A stretch of 64,000 bases of DNA from Caecitellus pseudoparvulus (lineage: Eukaryota; Protista; Bigyra: Bicosoecida): positions 1 through 64,000 of the forward strand of contig CBFFRQ010000038.1 in assembly GCA_965644315.1 (NCBI GenBank). The letters run 5' to 3'. The position numbers and the translations under genes were made by a program. Each line of letters begins with the position of its first letter. The first letter of the stretch is position 1. Positions 54,219 to 64,000 of this stretch are shown in pieces. The notes beneath the pieces were generated by a model that saw only the letters and a list, made by a program, of their open reading frames with translations, was not told the DNA's origin and ran no database searches.

Positions 54219-56507
54219 TCACGCTTGGGCGCCGCCCTGGCTGTGCTGCGCTCGAGGGCGTTTCGGATTTGGCGGCCCGACCTGGCTGTCCTGCTCCTCT
54301 GCTGGCACAGCGCCCGCTAGCCAGGGTAGGAGGTGCAGGGCGGGCGCGGCCAACTTGTGCAGATGGTGGGCCCATGTCCCCGCCCACTCCTCGCAGCGCG
54401 TGAGCAATGCCCCGGCGGCAGCGTGCGGGGAGCCGTTGGCAACTGCTGCAAAGGCCAGGCGGCGACAGTGCCTGTGGCGCCTTGCCACGCTCAGCAGCGC
54501 AGCGGACAACGCGGCATGCTGCACACAGGGCGTGCTATAGTGCTGGTGCAGCGCAGCGGCCCACACCAGGCAGTGGCATTGGCTCAGCAGCAGGCCGCAG
54601 CTGCACCAGGTGCCAGGGTGAGTCACCTCCAACGGCTGAGTCAGCCCTTGCGCCGCCGCGAGAACAGCCTCAGCTGAGTCCAGGCTAGCGCCCACCAGAT
54701 GTGTCGCAGCACTTGTGCGGGGAGAATCGCGCTGACACACGAGGGAGTGGGCCCATGGGAGACGCATGACTGGGCTGAGCAGAGATGGGGAGACTGGGCC
54801 AGTTTCCGGCCCGCCAACAGGGCACGGGACTCGCAGGGACACGCCCAGGCGCGTCATGACAGCAGGCTGCTCGACTGCACTGTGCAGCTGGTCCGATTCT
54901 GCACACCACGGGCCCTGTCCCAGACTCAGCGTGAGCTGTCTGCCGCCCATGCGGAACGACACACCGCCGGGCTGGGCCAGCTCCGCCAGCACCCTGCGCC
55001 GCCAAGCATGGCACGCCCGGCTCTCAAACAGGCTCAAACGAGGGGCTTCCATCGTTTGACTGGACCACCAGGCTCGGAAGGCGTCGTCGGGTCCGACTTG
55101 CACCGCCCACTGGCTTGTGTCTGGCAACGTGCACAGCCGCCATCGGTCACACGCCGCGAGCACGCTCAGCAGCAAACCAAGCGTGTTGCACAGCATGCTG
55201 TCCACCTCTGCCCCTGAGCGGTCTTGGCTGCACAGGTTCTGTATGCTGCGGGCGGTGTGGCGTGGCATGGACAGCAGGTCTGCCGCGGTGGCTGGCGACG
55301 CGGCCAGTGTTGCGAGCCAGCACAGCACCCGGCGCAACCTGGCCCCACGCTCCACCAACAGCCCACCCACATGCTGACACGCAGGCGCCTGCAGTGTAGA
55401 AAAGGGCACATCGAGTACCTCACCGCTGGGCAAGCGCAGCTGCCCACCGGCACAGGCGACGATTGCGGGGGATCTGGATGGAGACACGTGAAAGGCATCG
55501 GCAACGCCCGGCCCGGCAGCAGCCGGAGCGGCCGAACACGCAAGAACCCCGAGCATCACTGGTACAGGAAGGTCTGTTTCGTCAAGATCGCTCAGGTGTC
55601 TGCGCAGACAGGCCACCACTGGCTGCCTGCGGGGCCCGCCCACCCACGCCACTTCCGCCTCCGCATCACGCGCCGCGGCGAGCAAGAACAGACGCACCGC
55701 CTCCGCTTCCACACGCACAGCTCGCCACTGCGCACTGCCTCCCTCTTCTAGCACAGCACACGCGTCGTGGATGCTCTGGCAGGTGTGGGCGTGAGCTGTG
55801 AGCAGGTTGCTGGCGTCAGAAGGTGCGTGACGGCGCAGCACTTGCAGCAGGGCCAGGAGCACAGTGGGTGGGGCGGGGGGTGTCCCTTGCGGCAGCAGTG
55901 CGCCCACCACCTGCTTGCACCAGTGTGCATACTTGCCAGCGCCTGCTCCGCCCTGCCCTGCCAAGGCGGCCTTGGCGCGCGATTTGGCAAACATGCCCTC
56001 GAGTCGACCTGCCGCCGCAGCTGGTGCCACAGGGGCCGGCGGAGGTGGCGTGTCTGCAGAGACACAGGCCGCCACAGCGGACTCTGCACGGCCCAGGGCC
56101 AGGGCCCACGCCAAAGTCACTGCCGCGGCCTGCATGGCCTCGTCTGTGCCGGCATCTGTCGCAGCGCTGCTGCGCCGCAGTCGGGCAACCTGCCACCGTA
56201 CCAGGGGCGTGCAGGGCTGGTGCGACGACGCGACAATGGCCAAGGTCGTGAGTGGATGCAGAGATTCCTGGGGGCGGCAGTGGCCCAGCTGCCCCAGCGC
56301 CGCTTCGGCACAGGCTTGGCAGGCAGCCAGGCCTCTGTTGGCCAGGCGCTTGTGTGCGCTGGGCTCGTCAATGGAGGGCAGCGTGGGCAGCAGCTTCCAC
56401 AGCTCTGCCGCAGGGGCGCTGCAGAAGCTGTCACCTGGCCAAAGGCGCACCAGTTCGCGGGAGTCACTGCACGAGTGCTGGCTGAACGGGCAGCCGCAGT
56501 GTGCCAT
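54219..56507 (-). CDS. Hypothetical 762-aa protein, copy 2
   Basis: Duplicate of 13084-15372. Confidence 0.6.
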   Translation of the reverse strand: MAHCGCPFSQHSCSDSRELVRLWPGDSFCSAPAAELWKLLPTLPSIDEPSAHKRLANRGLAACQACAEAALGQLGHCRPQESLHPLTTLAIVASSHQPCTPLVRWQVARLRRSSAATDAGTDEAMQAAAVTLAWALALGRAESAVAACVSADTPPPPAPVAPAAAAGRLEGMFAKSRAKAALAGQGGAGAGKYAHWCKQVVGALLPQGTPPAPPTVLLALLQVLRRHAPSDASNLLTAHAHTCQSIHDACAVLEEGGSAQWRAVRVEAEAVRLFLLAAARDAEAEVAWVGGPRRQPVVACLRRHLSDLDETDLPVPVMLGVLACSAAPAAAGPGVADAFHVSPSRSPAIVACAGGQLRLPSGEVLDVPFSTLQAPACQHVGGLLVERGARLRRVLCWLATLAASPATAADLLSMPRHTARSIQNLCSQDRSGAEVDSMLCNTLGLLLSVLAACDRWRLCTLPDTSQWAVQVGPDDAFRAWWSSQTMEAPRLSLFESRACHAWRRRVLAELAQPGGVSFRMGGRQLTLSLGQGPWCAESDQLHSAVEQPAVMTRLGVSLRVPCPVGGPETGPVSPSLLSPVMRLPWAHSLVCQRDSPRTSAATHLVGASLDSAEAVLAAAQGLTQPLEVTHPGTWCSCGLLLSQCHCLVWAAALHQHYSTPCVQHAALSAALLSVARRHRHCRRLAFAAVANGSPHAAAGALLTRCEEWAGTWAHHLHKLAAPALHLLPWLAGAVPAEEQDSQVGPPNPKRPRAQHSQGGAQA

Positions 56508-56715
56508 GTCGGGACGCGAAACGCGTTTGAAACGTGTGCTCCCCGCAGCTGGCCCCTACGACGCCCCTGCTGCGAAACACTCGTGACAAATCAAAAGGCC
56601 CAGTTTCTCTAGTGAAGTATACACTGCCATGGGCGCCTGCAGCCTCCGCATGTTGCGTTCCCCTCTCTGTCGGGATGTGTGTGCAACGGCGCAACTGTTG
56701 CTGCGGTGCATTGGA

Positions 56716-57960
56716 CTAGGAAGGCGCGCCCTGCGTGTTGCGCCGGCGCGCGCCAAGCGTGAGCGCGACGGCAGCCCCCACCGCCACCCCACCCAGCACT
56801 GCCAGGGCTGTGGCGCATGCACCCCATGGCGAGGGCTGGACTCTGCCCAGGGAGCTGGGCGTCCGGACGCCCGTCAATTTCCGCTCCATGAACGCAGGCA
56901 GCACAAACGACGCCGCGTGAAGGGCAGGCGTGTAGTACTTGAACCTGCCCAGCAGCTCGTCACTGGGCGCACGCACGGGCTGCCGCATGGTGGGCGTGAG
57001 GGCCGTGTCAGGCTTCGCCTTCGGGTCAGGTGTGGCACGCGGACCTTTGCACAGGATGAAGCCGATCTGCCCACAGGGGTACGTCGGCACGCCAGTGAAG
57101 GCATAGTCCACCTCGGCGAACTGCGTCGCAGCGACTGCCAGCGTGTCCCGAATGAAGTCGGCGTGCAGCCAGAGGCACTCGCCCTGCATGCACAGGATGC
57201 CACCAGGGTTCAGAGCGGACCTCACGCTGCCCAGGAAGGACGCCTCGTACAGGCTCTCCGCCGGCCCCACGGGGTCCGAGCTGTCCATGATGACGACGTC
57301 GAAGGCGCCTTGGCGCGTCTTGACGTACTCGGCCGCGTCCTGGAAACGCAGCGTGAGGCGGGAGTCACCGAAGGCCGTGGCGGTGACGTCAGAGAGGTGC
57401 CGCTTGGCACAGGCCACCACCTGCTCGTCGATCTCGCACATGACCACCTGCGGGGGTGCGCAGGGGGCGGGCAGTGCGTGGGCAGGCGGCGGGGGCCTCG
57501 GCTCAGGCGGCAGGGGACGCACCTCTTCCACGTCAGGGTGCTTGCACACCTCCCGCAAGACGCCGCCGTCGCCACCGCCGACGATGAGGACACGCTTGGG
57601 GTGGGGGTGCGCCATGAGAGGGATGTGTGTGATGCACTCTTGGTACGACGCCTCGTCGCGCTCAGTGATCTGGACCACTCCGTCCAGAACCAGCACCTTT
57701 CCATACGTCGCAGACTGGAAGACGAGGATGTCTTGGTACTGCGACTGCGTTCGTTCCAGCACGTTCTCCACCTTCAAGGACATGCGCTGGCCTGCCATGT
57801 GACGGTGGGGCTGGGAAGTGCCGGTGCCGCGGCGGCCAGGAATGGGCGCCCAAATTCCGCAACACGCACCTGGCCACATGACCTCTTCCTCCGTGAACCA
57901 GCCATCATGCGGCACGTCCAGCACCTTGTGCACTTTCACACTGCTGCTACCGGCTGCCAT
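56716..57960 (-). CDS. SRM: Spermidine synthase, copy 2
   Basis: Duplicate of 15578-16822 with the same motifs and introns. Confidence 0.93.
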   Translation of the reverse strand: MAAGSSSVKVHKVLDVPHDGWFTEEEVMWPGACCGIWAPIPGRRGTGTSQPHRHMAGQRMSLKVENVLERTQSQYQDILVFQSATYGKVLVLDGVVQITERDEASYQECITHIPLMAHPHPKRVLIVGGGDGGVLREVCKHPDVEEVRPLPPEPRPPPPAHALPAPCAPPQVVMCEIDEQVVACAKRHLSDVTATAFGDSRLTLRFQDAAEYVKTRQGAFDVVIMDSSDPVGPAESLYEASFLGSVRSALNPGGILCMQGECLWLHADFIRDTLAVAATQFAEVDYAFTGVPTYPCGQIGFILCKGPRATPDPKAKPDTALTPTMRQPVRAPSDELLGRFKYYTPALHAASFVLPAFMERKLTGVRTPSSLGRVQPSPWGACATALAVLGGVAVGAAVALTLGARRRNTQGAPS

Positions 57961-58325
57961 TTTATCTTGCCGTTGGGTTCCAAAGCTCCGGGGCTCTGCA
58001 GTCGTCGGCCGGGATTTGCGGCTTTGGCGAGTGGCTCGGCGCTGTGCCGTGGCTCTCGCGGAGAATGCGGACGGGACAAGGGGGCTGGCGAGGCGCACGC
58101 ACTCGTCACTGCCGTCGTGGCACAGCTGTAGGCATGATTTGCCTGTGGGCCTAACTTGCCTGCCCCCCCCCCGCGGCCCCTGCCGTTCACAGCTCAGTCG
58201 GCAGGCGCCCACACAATCCCTACCCAGTGACACTGCCCCACCTCGCGCGGCCACCAGGTCACACGCGCAGGCAGGCCACAAGTGGCTCCACCCCCACCTC
58301 AACCTCCCCCCCGCGCGCACCAGCC

Positions 58326-60275
58326 ATGCCGGGGGGAGGTCACTTCCGTCTGGCAGCGGACGAGGGCGTGCGGCGGGCTCAGCTAGCACAGGCCCGGCGA
58401 GACGCTGCGAACCGGGAGGCCAAGTACAACGCCTTCGTGCTGACGGCGGCAGACGCGCTGGCGGCACAGGCGGGCCGGCACGTCACGCAGGCCGCTGCTG
58501 CGGGACATGCCGCCGCCCTCACGCCAGAGCTGCTCAGCCTGCAAGACCTGGCCGTGCAGCTGCCCATGCCGACCTGGCGCCACGCTGCGCGGCACAGCCA
58601 GCTGTACGACGTGACGGCGGAGCACGTGCAGCGGCGGCAGGGCATCGCGGAGCGCATGCACTACACCAGCATGGCTGCAGGGCGGGGCATGGTGTCACCA
58701 GCCATCCAGCCCGGCGCCGCCGGCGACGACAGTAGCCGAAGCAAACCCGCCAAAGCCAAGACGAAGACAAAGAAAGGGGGCCTTCGACGCCCTCGCAAGC
58801 AGGTGGGGAAGAAACGCCGCCGGCGAGGAGTTGGGAGCGCAGTCAGGCGACGCAGACGGCGGCGGCCTGGCCAGGTCGCAGCGACCAGCTGCACCGCTGA
58901 CACTCCGGCCGCGCCCAGCGACAGCCAGGGCGCGGTCACCCCGCCTACTGATTCAGGCACCACACAATCTTGTGCTCAAGACGCTCTGCAAGATGCTGCC
59001 GATTCCACCTGTCCTGGGGGGGGCCCTGCCCCGTCAGAGGAGGTTGCAGCAGCTGGCTTGCACAGCGTGTCCGAGGCGGCAGCACCCGACGCCGCAGCAT
59101 CCGTGTTCCAAGCCGCCCTGGAGGACCCGGCGCCGGAGGCGGGGGAGGGGGGTGCACCCCCCCCCTCGACACCCCCCCGCCAGCACAGCGGCGGCGCCAC
59201 CTGCCGCACCTCACCCGCCTCCGCCGCCACAGGCACCACCAGCGGCCGCAGCTCAGCTGTGCGCAGTGGAAAGGGCGCCCGCACCTCGCCCAGCCGTAAG
59301 CCTGCCCCCACGCCATTCCAGGCAGCGCAGGCAGCCCGTGTGAGCCAGTCAAGGCACCTGCGGCAGCGGCAGGCCAACGCCAAGCGGCAGGTGAGTGGCG
59401 CCTTCGCAGGGGCCCACGCGGAGGCTGCGGTGGGGGGGGTGGCCCTTCGGAAGCAGGGACGGAGGGGGGGTCGAAGGGCCCGTGGAGGGGGGGTGCCTCA
59501 CGGCAAGGCCTTCGCCAGTGTGGCGCCGGCTGTGAGGGGGGGGGTCAGTGTTGCACCGCCCCCCCCTCCTGCCCAGGCCTCGGGAAAGGTGGCGCGCCCC
59601 CCCCCTCACGCCCCTCGTTGCGAAGACAGCACACCTCACCCTGTCAGTCTGTGGGAAGGCAGCATTCCCTCCCAGTACCCTCTGCTGTGGGGTGGCACGC
59701 GCAAAGGCCTGTCACGGTGGCCCACACTGGGGGCAGGCGAAGCCCTGTCAGGCGTGCTGGGCACTCTGGCACAGGAATGGCTGCAGCCAGAGACGCAGGC
59801 AGGCAGCAGGGCGCCACTGCCGCCCTCCACCTTGCGCCGCCACGCCAACCAGCGCGCCGAGGCGAAACGCGGGCCGGGCTCAAACGCCCCGCCACGACTG
59901 CACGGGGCGGGCTCTGTGCGGGGAGAGGAGGCCCACCCGCTTACTGGCCAGGCAGTGCTGCCGCCCACCGTCCTGACGCAACTCACAGCCAAGCAGAGGC
60001 TGCGCCTGGGCAAGGGCGCGGTGAAAAACGCCCCCACACCAACCGGCGGCACCTCCGCAGTGCCTCAGGGCGCAGCGGGCCTCTTCACCAGGCAAAGCCC
60101 GCCACGCCCAAGACACCCATTCGATGCATCGTGGGGCGGCGTGATGCCCTCGCCGCAGCAGGTGCGTGCGCGGGACGCCCACGCAGACAGCTGCAACGCA
60201 GCGCTGCAGGCTCGCCGGCAGTGGCTCATGCGGCGGCCTGCTGGGACGCCCTGGGTGGACCCCTGGGAGTGCTAG
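58326..60275 (+). CDS. Hypothetical low-complexity protein, copy 2
   Basis: Duplicate of 17188-19137. Confidence 0.55.
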   Translation: MPGGGHFRLAADEGVRRAQLAQARRDAANREAKYNAFVLTAADALAAQAGRHVTQAAAAGHAAALTPELLSLQDLAVQLPMPTWRHAARHSQLYDVTAEHVQRRQGIAERMHYTSMAAGRGMVSPAIQPGAAGDDSSRSKPAKAKTKTKKGGLRRPRKQVGKKRRRRGVGSAVRRRRRRRPGQVAATSCTADTPAAPSDSQGAVTPPTDSGTTQSCAQDALQDAADSTCPGGGPAPSEEVAAAGLHSVSEAAAPDAAASVFQAALEDPAPEAGEGGAPPPSTPPRQHSGGATCRTSPASAATGTTSGRSSAVRSGKGARTSPSRKPAPTPFQAAQAARVSQSRHLRQRQANAKRQVSGAFAGAHAEAAVGGVALRKQGRRGGRRARGGGVPHGKAFASVAPAVRGGVSVAPPPPPAQASGKVARPPPHAPRCEDSTPHPVSLWEGSIPSQYPLLWGGTRKGLSRWPTLGAGEALSGVLGTLAQEWLQPETQAGSRAPLPPSTLRRHANQRAEAKRGPGSNAPPRLHGAGSVRGEEAHPLTGQAVLPPTVLTQLTAKQRLRLGKGAVKNAPTPTGGTSAVPQGAAGLFTRQSPPRPRHPFDASWGGVMPSPQQVRARDAHADSCNAALQARRQWLMRRPAGTPWVDPWEC

Positions 60276-60967
60276 GACCCCCTTTCATCCACAGGGTGCC
60301 AGGCTTTGTCGTCGTAGTTGAAGTACCGGGGCTGGGTCGGCAGGTCGGGCGTGTCAGGTGCTTGCTGTGCCAAGTATTGCAGCACGTCAGGGATGGCCCA
60401 CGCCATGGGCCACACGGTGTGTTTGACGCTGCCCCACCACGATGTCCACGGCCCGTCCAATGCATGCATGTGCAAGTGGTTGATGCTGTTGAAGTACGGA
60501 GCCACGTGGAAGTTGAACGTCGCCGGAGCCGCGTCTGTGGCACCAAGTTCCGCAAACTCCCCGTTCACCACGGCGGCCTCTGCTGCTACCGCAGGCAGCG
60601 GCGGTAGGTGCTGTCCGGACGCCGGCAGCACTGAACTGCCCTGGGCTTGCCGTTTGCGGCACTGAGCCACGGCATGCCGAGCCACAGCGTACATGTGCCG
60701 CACCAACGGAAGGTCACGTGGAGTGGCCAAGTGCTGGCAGTTCTCCACGTGGCCCTTGGGCACGACGAGCAGGTGCACGCGGGCGTTGGGGCTGCGAGAA
60801 GGGAACACCGTCACGATCCCGTCATCGTACAGCAGCCGGCTGCCCTGGCCTCCGCTGCCGGCTGCGATGCTGCAGAAGGTGCACGATTGGATGGTGCCGT
60901 CGCGGCGGGTGACTCCCTTGTGCGTGGTCAGCCCAGCCGACGACACGGACACGGCAGCGGCAGCCAT
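60272..60967 (-). CDS. HIT-family hydrolase, copy 2
   Basis: Duplicate of 19134-19829. Confidence 0.85.
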   Translation of the reverse strand: MAAAAVSVSSAGLTTHKGVTRRDGTIQSCTFCSIAAGSGGQGSRLLYDDGIVTVFPSRSPNARVHLLVVPKGHVENCQHLATPRDLPLVRHMYAVARHAVAQCRKRQAQGSSVLPASGQHLPPLPAVAAEAAVVNGEFAELGATDAAPATFNFHVAPYFNSINHLHMHALDGPWTSWWGSVKHTVWPMAWAIPDVLQYLAQQAPDTPDLPTQPRYFNYDDKAWHPVDERGS

Positions 60968-61217
60968 GCTCATGGAGCTGGCCCACCTGTTCGAGGCCCT
61001 GTGGGGTGCCGAGAAGCACAGTGGCGCCTGCAGGGGCAGGAGGTCTCGGTGCGGGAATTGAAAGCGGCAGAGAGCTGCGACGTGCCCCCCCTCAAGCCCC
61101 CCTCCCACACATGGAACTGCCGCCAACGGAACAAACTCCACTCACTCCTCGCAACTATCTCTCTCACGGCCTTCCCAGTCCGTGACGTTGTGCATCCCTC
61201 CGCACAGCTCAAACACC

Positions 61218-62726
61218 ATGCGAACCATCGCCGCCCTCCTGGCAGCGGCCGCTGTCGTGGCTGCCTCTGCCGCTCCCACCGTCACCCTGAACAAGGGCGA
61301 GACCCTGGCCCAGCAGCTGCGCCGTGAGTGACTTCAGTGGCCTCCGCCCCGCCCGCAGAGCTGTCGGGCCGCCCTGTGGCCCGCAACAAACCGCTGTGGC
61401 TCTGCGCCAGGGCGATGGGCTGGTGCACTGCACCTTGCACCTCCTGCCGCCGTCACCTCACGCCCGCTCGCACGCCGCTTTCATCACAGGCTGGGGCTAT
61501 GCTGTGCGTGCCTGGTGCCTTTCCGCTCCTCAGCTGCACCGCTACGGCGGTGCAGGGCGCTGCAGGCCGCCCAACCGCGTCGCACTCCCACCCCGCCGCT
61601 CCACACCAACAGAAGACCAACTGGGTCAAGCGCCGCGAGTACGACGGCACCCTGAAGGCTGGCGCCTCTGTCCCCATCAACGACTTTGAGAACGCCCAGT
61701 ACTACGGCCCCATCTCTGCCGGCACGCCCCCTCAGGACTTCCAGGTGCGTGCGCCAAGGCCCGCCCTGAGCCTGCGGAACAACCCCACCGTGCAACGCCA
61801 CACGAGCCCTGCCACCCACGCCCCCCACGCAGGTCATCTACGACTCTGGCTCCAGCAACCTGTGGCTGCCCTCCAGCGAGTGCAAGAACTGCGGCTCTCA
61901 CCCCCTGTACGACCACACCAAGTCCTCCACGTACAAGGCCAACGGCACCAAGTTCGAGATCCTGTACGGCTCTGGCCCTGTGTCTGGCTTCCTGTCCCAG
62001 GACGTCATCACCGTGGGCGGGCAGAGCGTCACCTCCGAGTTCGCTGAGATCACCGACGTGACCGGCCTGGGCCCTGCCTACTCCCTCGGCAAGTTCGACG
62101 GCATCTGCGGCTGCGCGTGGGACACCATCGCCGTGGACGACATCCCCCCCATCTTCAACGACTTCATCGACGCCGGCATGTGGGACAAGCCCCTCTTCTC
62201 CGTGTACCTGCCCTCCGACGACTCCCAGCAGGGCGCCCTGACCCTGGGCGACATCGGCACCGACTACACCGGCTCCATCTCCTATGTCCCCCTGTCCAGC
62301 GAGACGTACTGGGAGATCCAGTTCGACGGCCTGGACATCAACGGCCAGACCACCTCCAACACCGGCAAGGCTATCATTGACACCGGCACCTCCCTGCTGG
62401 CTGTGCCCGTCGCTGACGCCAAGGCCATCGCCAAGGCCCTGGGCGCCACCCCCTTCTTCCTGAACCCCAACGAGTTCACCGTGGACTGCTCCAAGGTGTC
62501 TTCCCTGCCCGACATTGACGTGAAGATCGGCGGCACCACCTACTCCATCCCCCCCTCCAAGTACATCATCAACGACGAGGGCGTCGTGTGCCTCCTGGGC
62601 GTCACCGGCATTGACATCCCCGCCCCTGCCGGCCCCCTCACCATCCTGGGTGACGTCTTCATCCGCGAGTACTTCACCGTCTTCGACTACGGCAACAAGC
62701 AGGTCGGCCTGGCCAAGGCCAAGTAA
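61218..62726 (+). CDS. Cathepsin D-like aspartic protease, copy 2
   Basis: Duplicate of 20080-21588; the 248-aa ORF-track segment is identical between copies. Confidence 0.92.
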
Positions 62727-62930
62727 GTGCCGCAACGCGTCAATGCGAGCTCGGCCATGCTCGGGCGCCTCCCGCCATTGGGAGGTGTCCAGGGTGTTGC
62801 CCCAGCTCGCGACTCGCCCCGTGGATGCAATGCAAGCCACCAAACACCGCGCGGACACCCGCACAATCAACCCACCACACAAGCCAGACACCGCGCCAAC
62901 GGCGCCCAGGAGACCGCCAGCCAAGGCACC

Positions 62931-64000
62931 ATGGCGAGCTTTTCCAGGCACCATGCTGCCGTGGATGGAGCCCTCGTGCCCCTGCGTGTGGGGCTGCTCA
63001 CCGAGGTGGCGCTGGTGGGCCTGGGCGTGCAGGTGACTTCCTGGGCGTGTCAGGCAGCGCTCACACAGCACGTGCCGGAGCCGTACATGGTGTGTAGACA
63101 GCACTGCTCGCGTGTTGTTGCCATGCGTGCACGTGCAGTGGCGCCTTCTGCAGGATGAGGTGTTCCATGCCCCCCAAGCCCAGCGGTACTGTGCAGGAAA
63201 CATGGGCAAGTGCAGCCTCGGGCAAATCACCCCTCAACTTCCGCAGCACCACACCACTCGCTTCCCGGCGCCCCCTTCCTCAGATGACTGGGACCCAGCC
63301 ATCACCACGCTGCCCGGGACATACTACATTAGTCTGCTGTTCTATCGGGCGTTTTTCTGGCTCCCGGGCATGCCAGCCTCCTGCACCTTGACATTCCTGC
63401 GCTTCACCTCCACCCTCTCCCTCTCCGCGCTGGCTGCCGCTGTGTACTACTGGGCCCGCACCGCCTCGGCGACGACAAAGGGCTGGCTGCAGGGCACAGC
63501 CTGCACCACTTCAGCATGGTCGGGAGGCCCCCTCGTCGTGCCAGACAGTGTGCAAGTGCCCCCCGCCTGCATGGTGGGCTGCCTGCCGCGTCCAGGCGAC
63601 GGCCTGCGCCGCTGCATTCACGGCACGTGGATGGCGTCACCCTGGGTGTGGCCCCTCCTCCTCGCCCTGGTCGTGGTGTCTTTCCCACCCCTCTGGTTCT
63701 CCTCGCAGCTGTACTACACAGACAGCATGGGCGCGGCACTCGTCGCGGCGTGCTACTTCACAGCTCCCCTTCGCAACGTGCCGCCACGAGCGGCACCCTT
63801 CTCAAGCCACGCTTCCAGCTGGGTCAGCGCCACGGTACGTGCTCTGTGCCAGCCACGGGCAACACTGCGGGGATGCCCTGTGCTCCTGCCCATGTGCACC
63901 CTCGCCCCGCTCTCCACAGCTGGGCCTCTTCGCAGTTGCAGTGCGACAGAGCAACATCGTCTGGGTGGCCTTCGTGGCGGCCACAGTCGCGACCACGCAC
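62931..64000 (+). CDS. ALG10: ALG10, copy 2 (3'-truncated by the window edge)
   Basis: Duplicate of 21793-22862, with the same splice sites including the GC donor. Confidence 0.85.

Larger units (their letters stand above)
34944..64000. repeat. Segmental duplication, copy 2 (contains the retrotransposon; runs off the right edge)
   Basis: Colinear with 1-22862. The true left boundary may lie further upstream but cannot be seen in this window. Confidence 0.93.

Noticed and set aside
1-64000. tRNA, rRNA or an endogenous virophage/AT-rich viral insert
   Set aside because: No cloverleaf or rRNA-like segment recognised and no extended AT-rich island; a tRNAscan/Rfam run would be needed to exclude small RNAs.

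Overview
GC-rich, gene-dense eukaryotic DNA with short spliceosomal introns, most likely from a flagellated protist (inferred from PLK4 and a gamma-tubulin complex gene; the taxon cannot be fixed from sequence alone). The window is largely two tandem copies of one gene block: 1-22862 recurs at 34944-64000 with roughly a few percent scattered substitutions (visual estimate). The block holds two large Cys-rich, mucin-stalk, multi-pass surface-protein genes, PLK4, a hypothetical protein, spermidine synthase, a second hypothetical protein, a HIT-family hydrolase, a cathepsin D-like protease and ALG10. A GCP5-like gene lies between the two copies. The second copy carries a 5820-bp tyrosine-recombinase retrotransposon (Ngaro/PAT-like split direct repeats A1-ORFs-B1-A2-B2, minus strand, 34970-40789) inserted into a surface-protein gene. 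The uninterrupted site is visible at position 25-26 and shows integration through a shared GT core that matches the element's internal B1/A2 junction. Other highlights: gag and pol are separated by one in-frame TAG (candidate readthrough), both terminal repeats contain hairpins, and the surface-protein paralogues combine N-termini, repeat arrays and C-termini in different ways.
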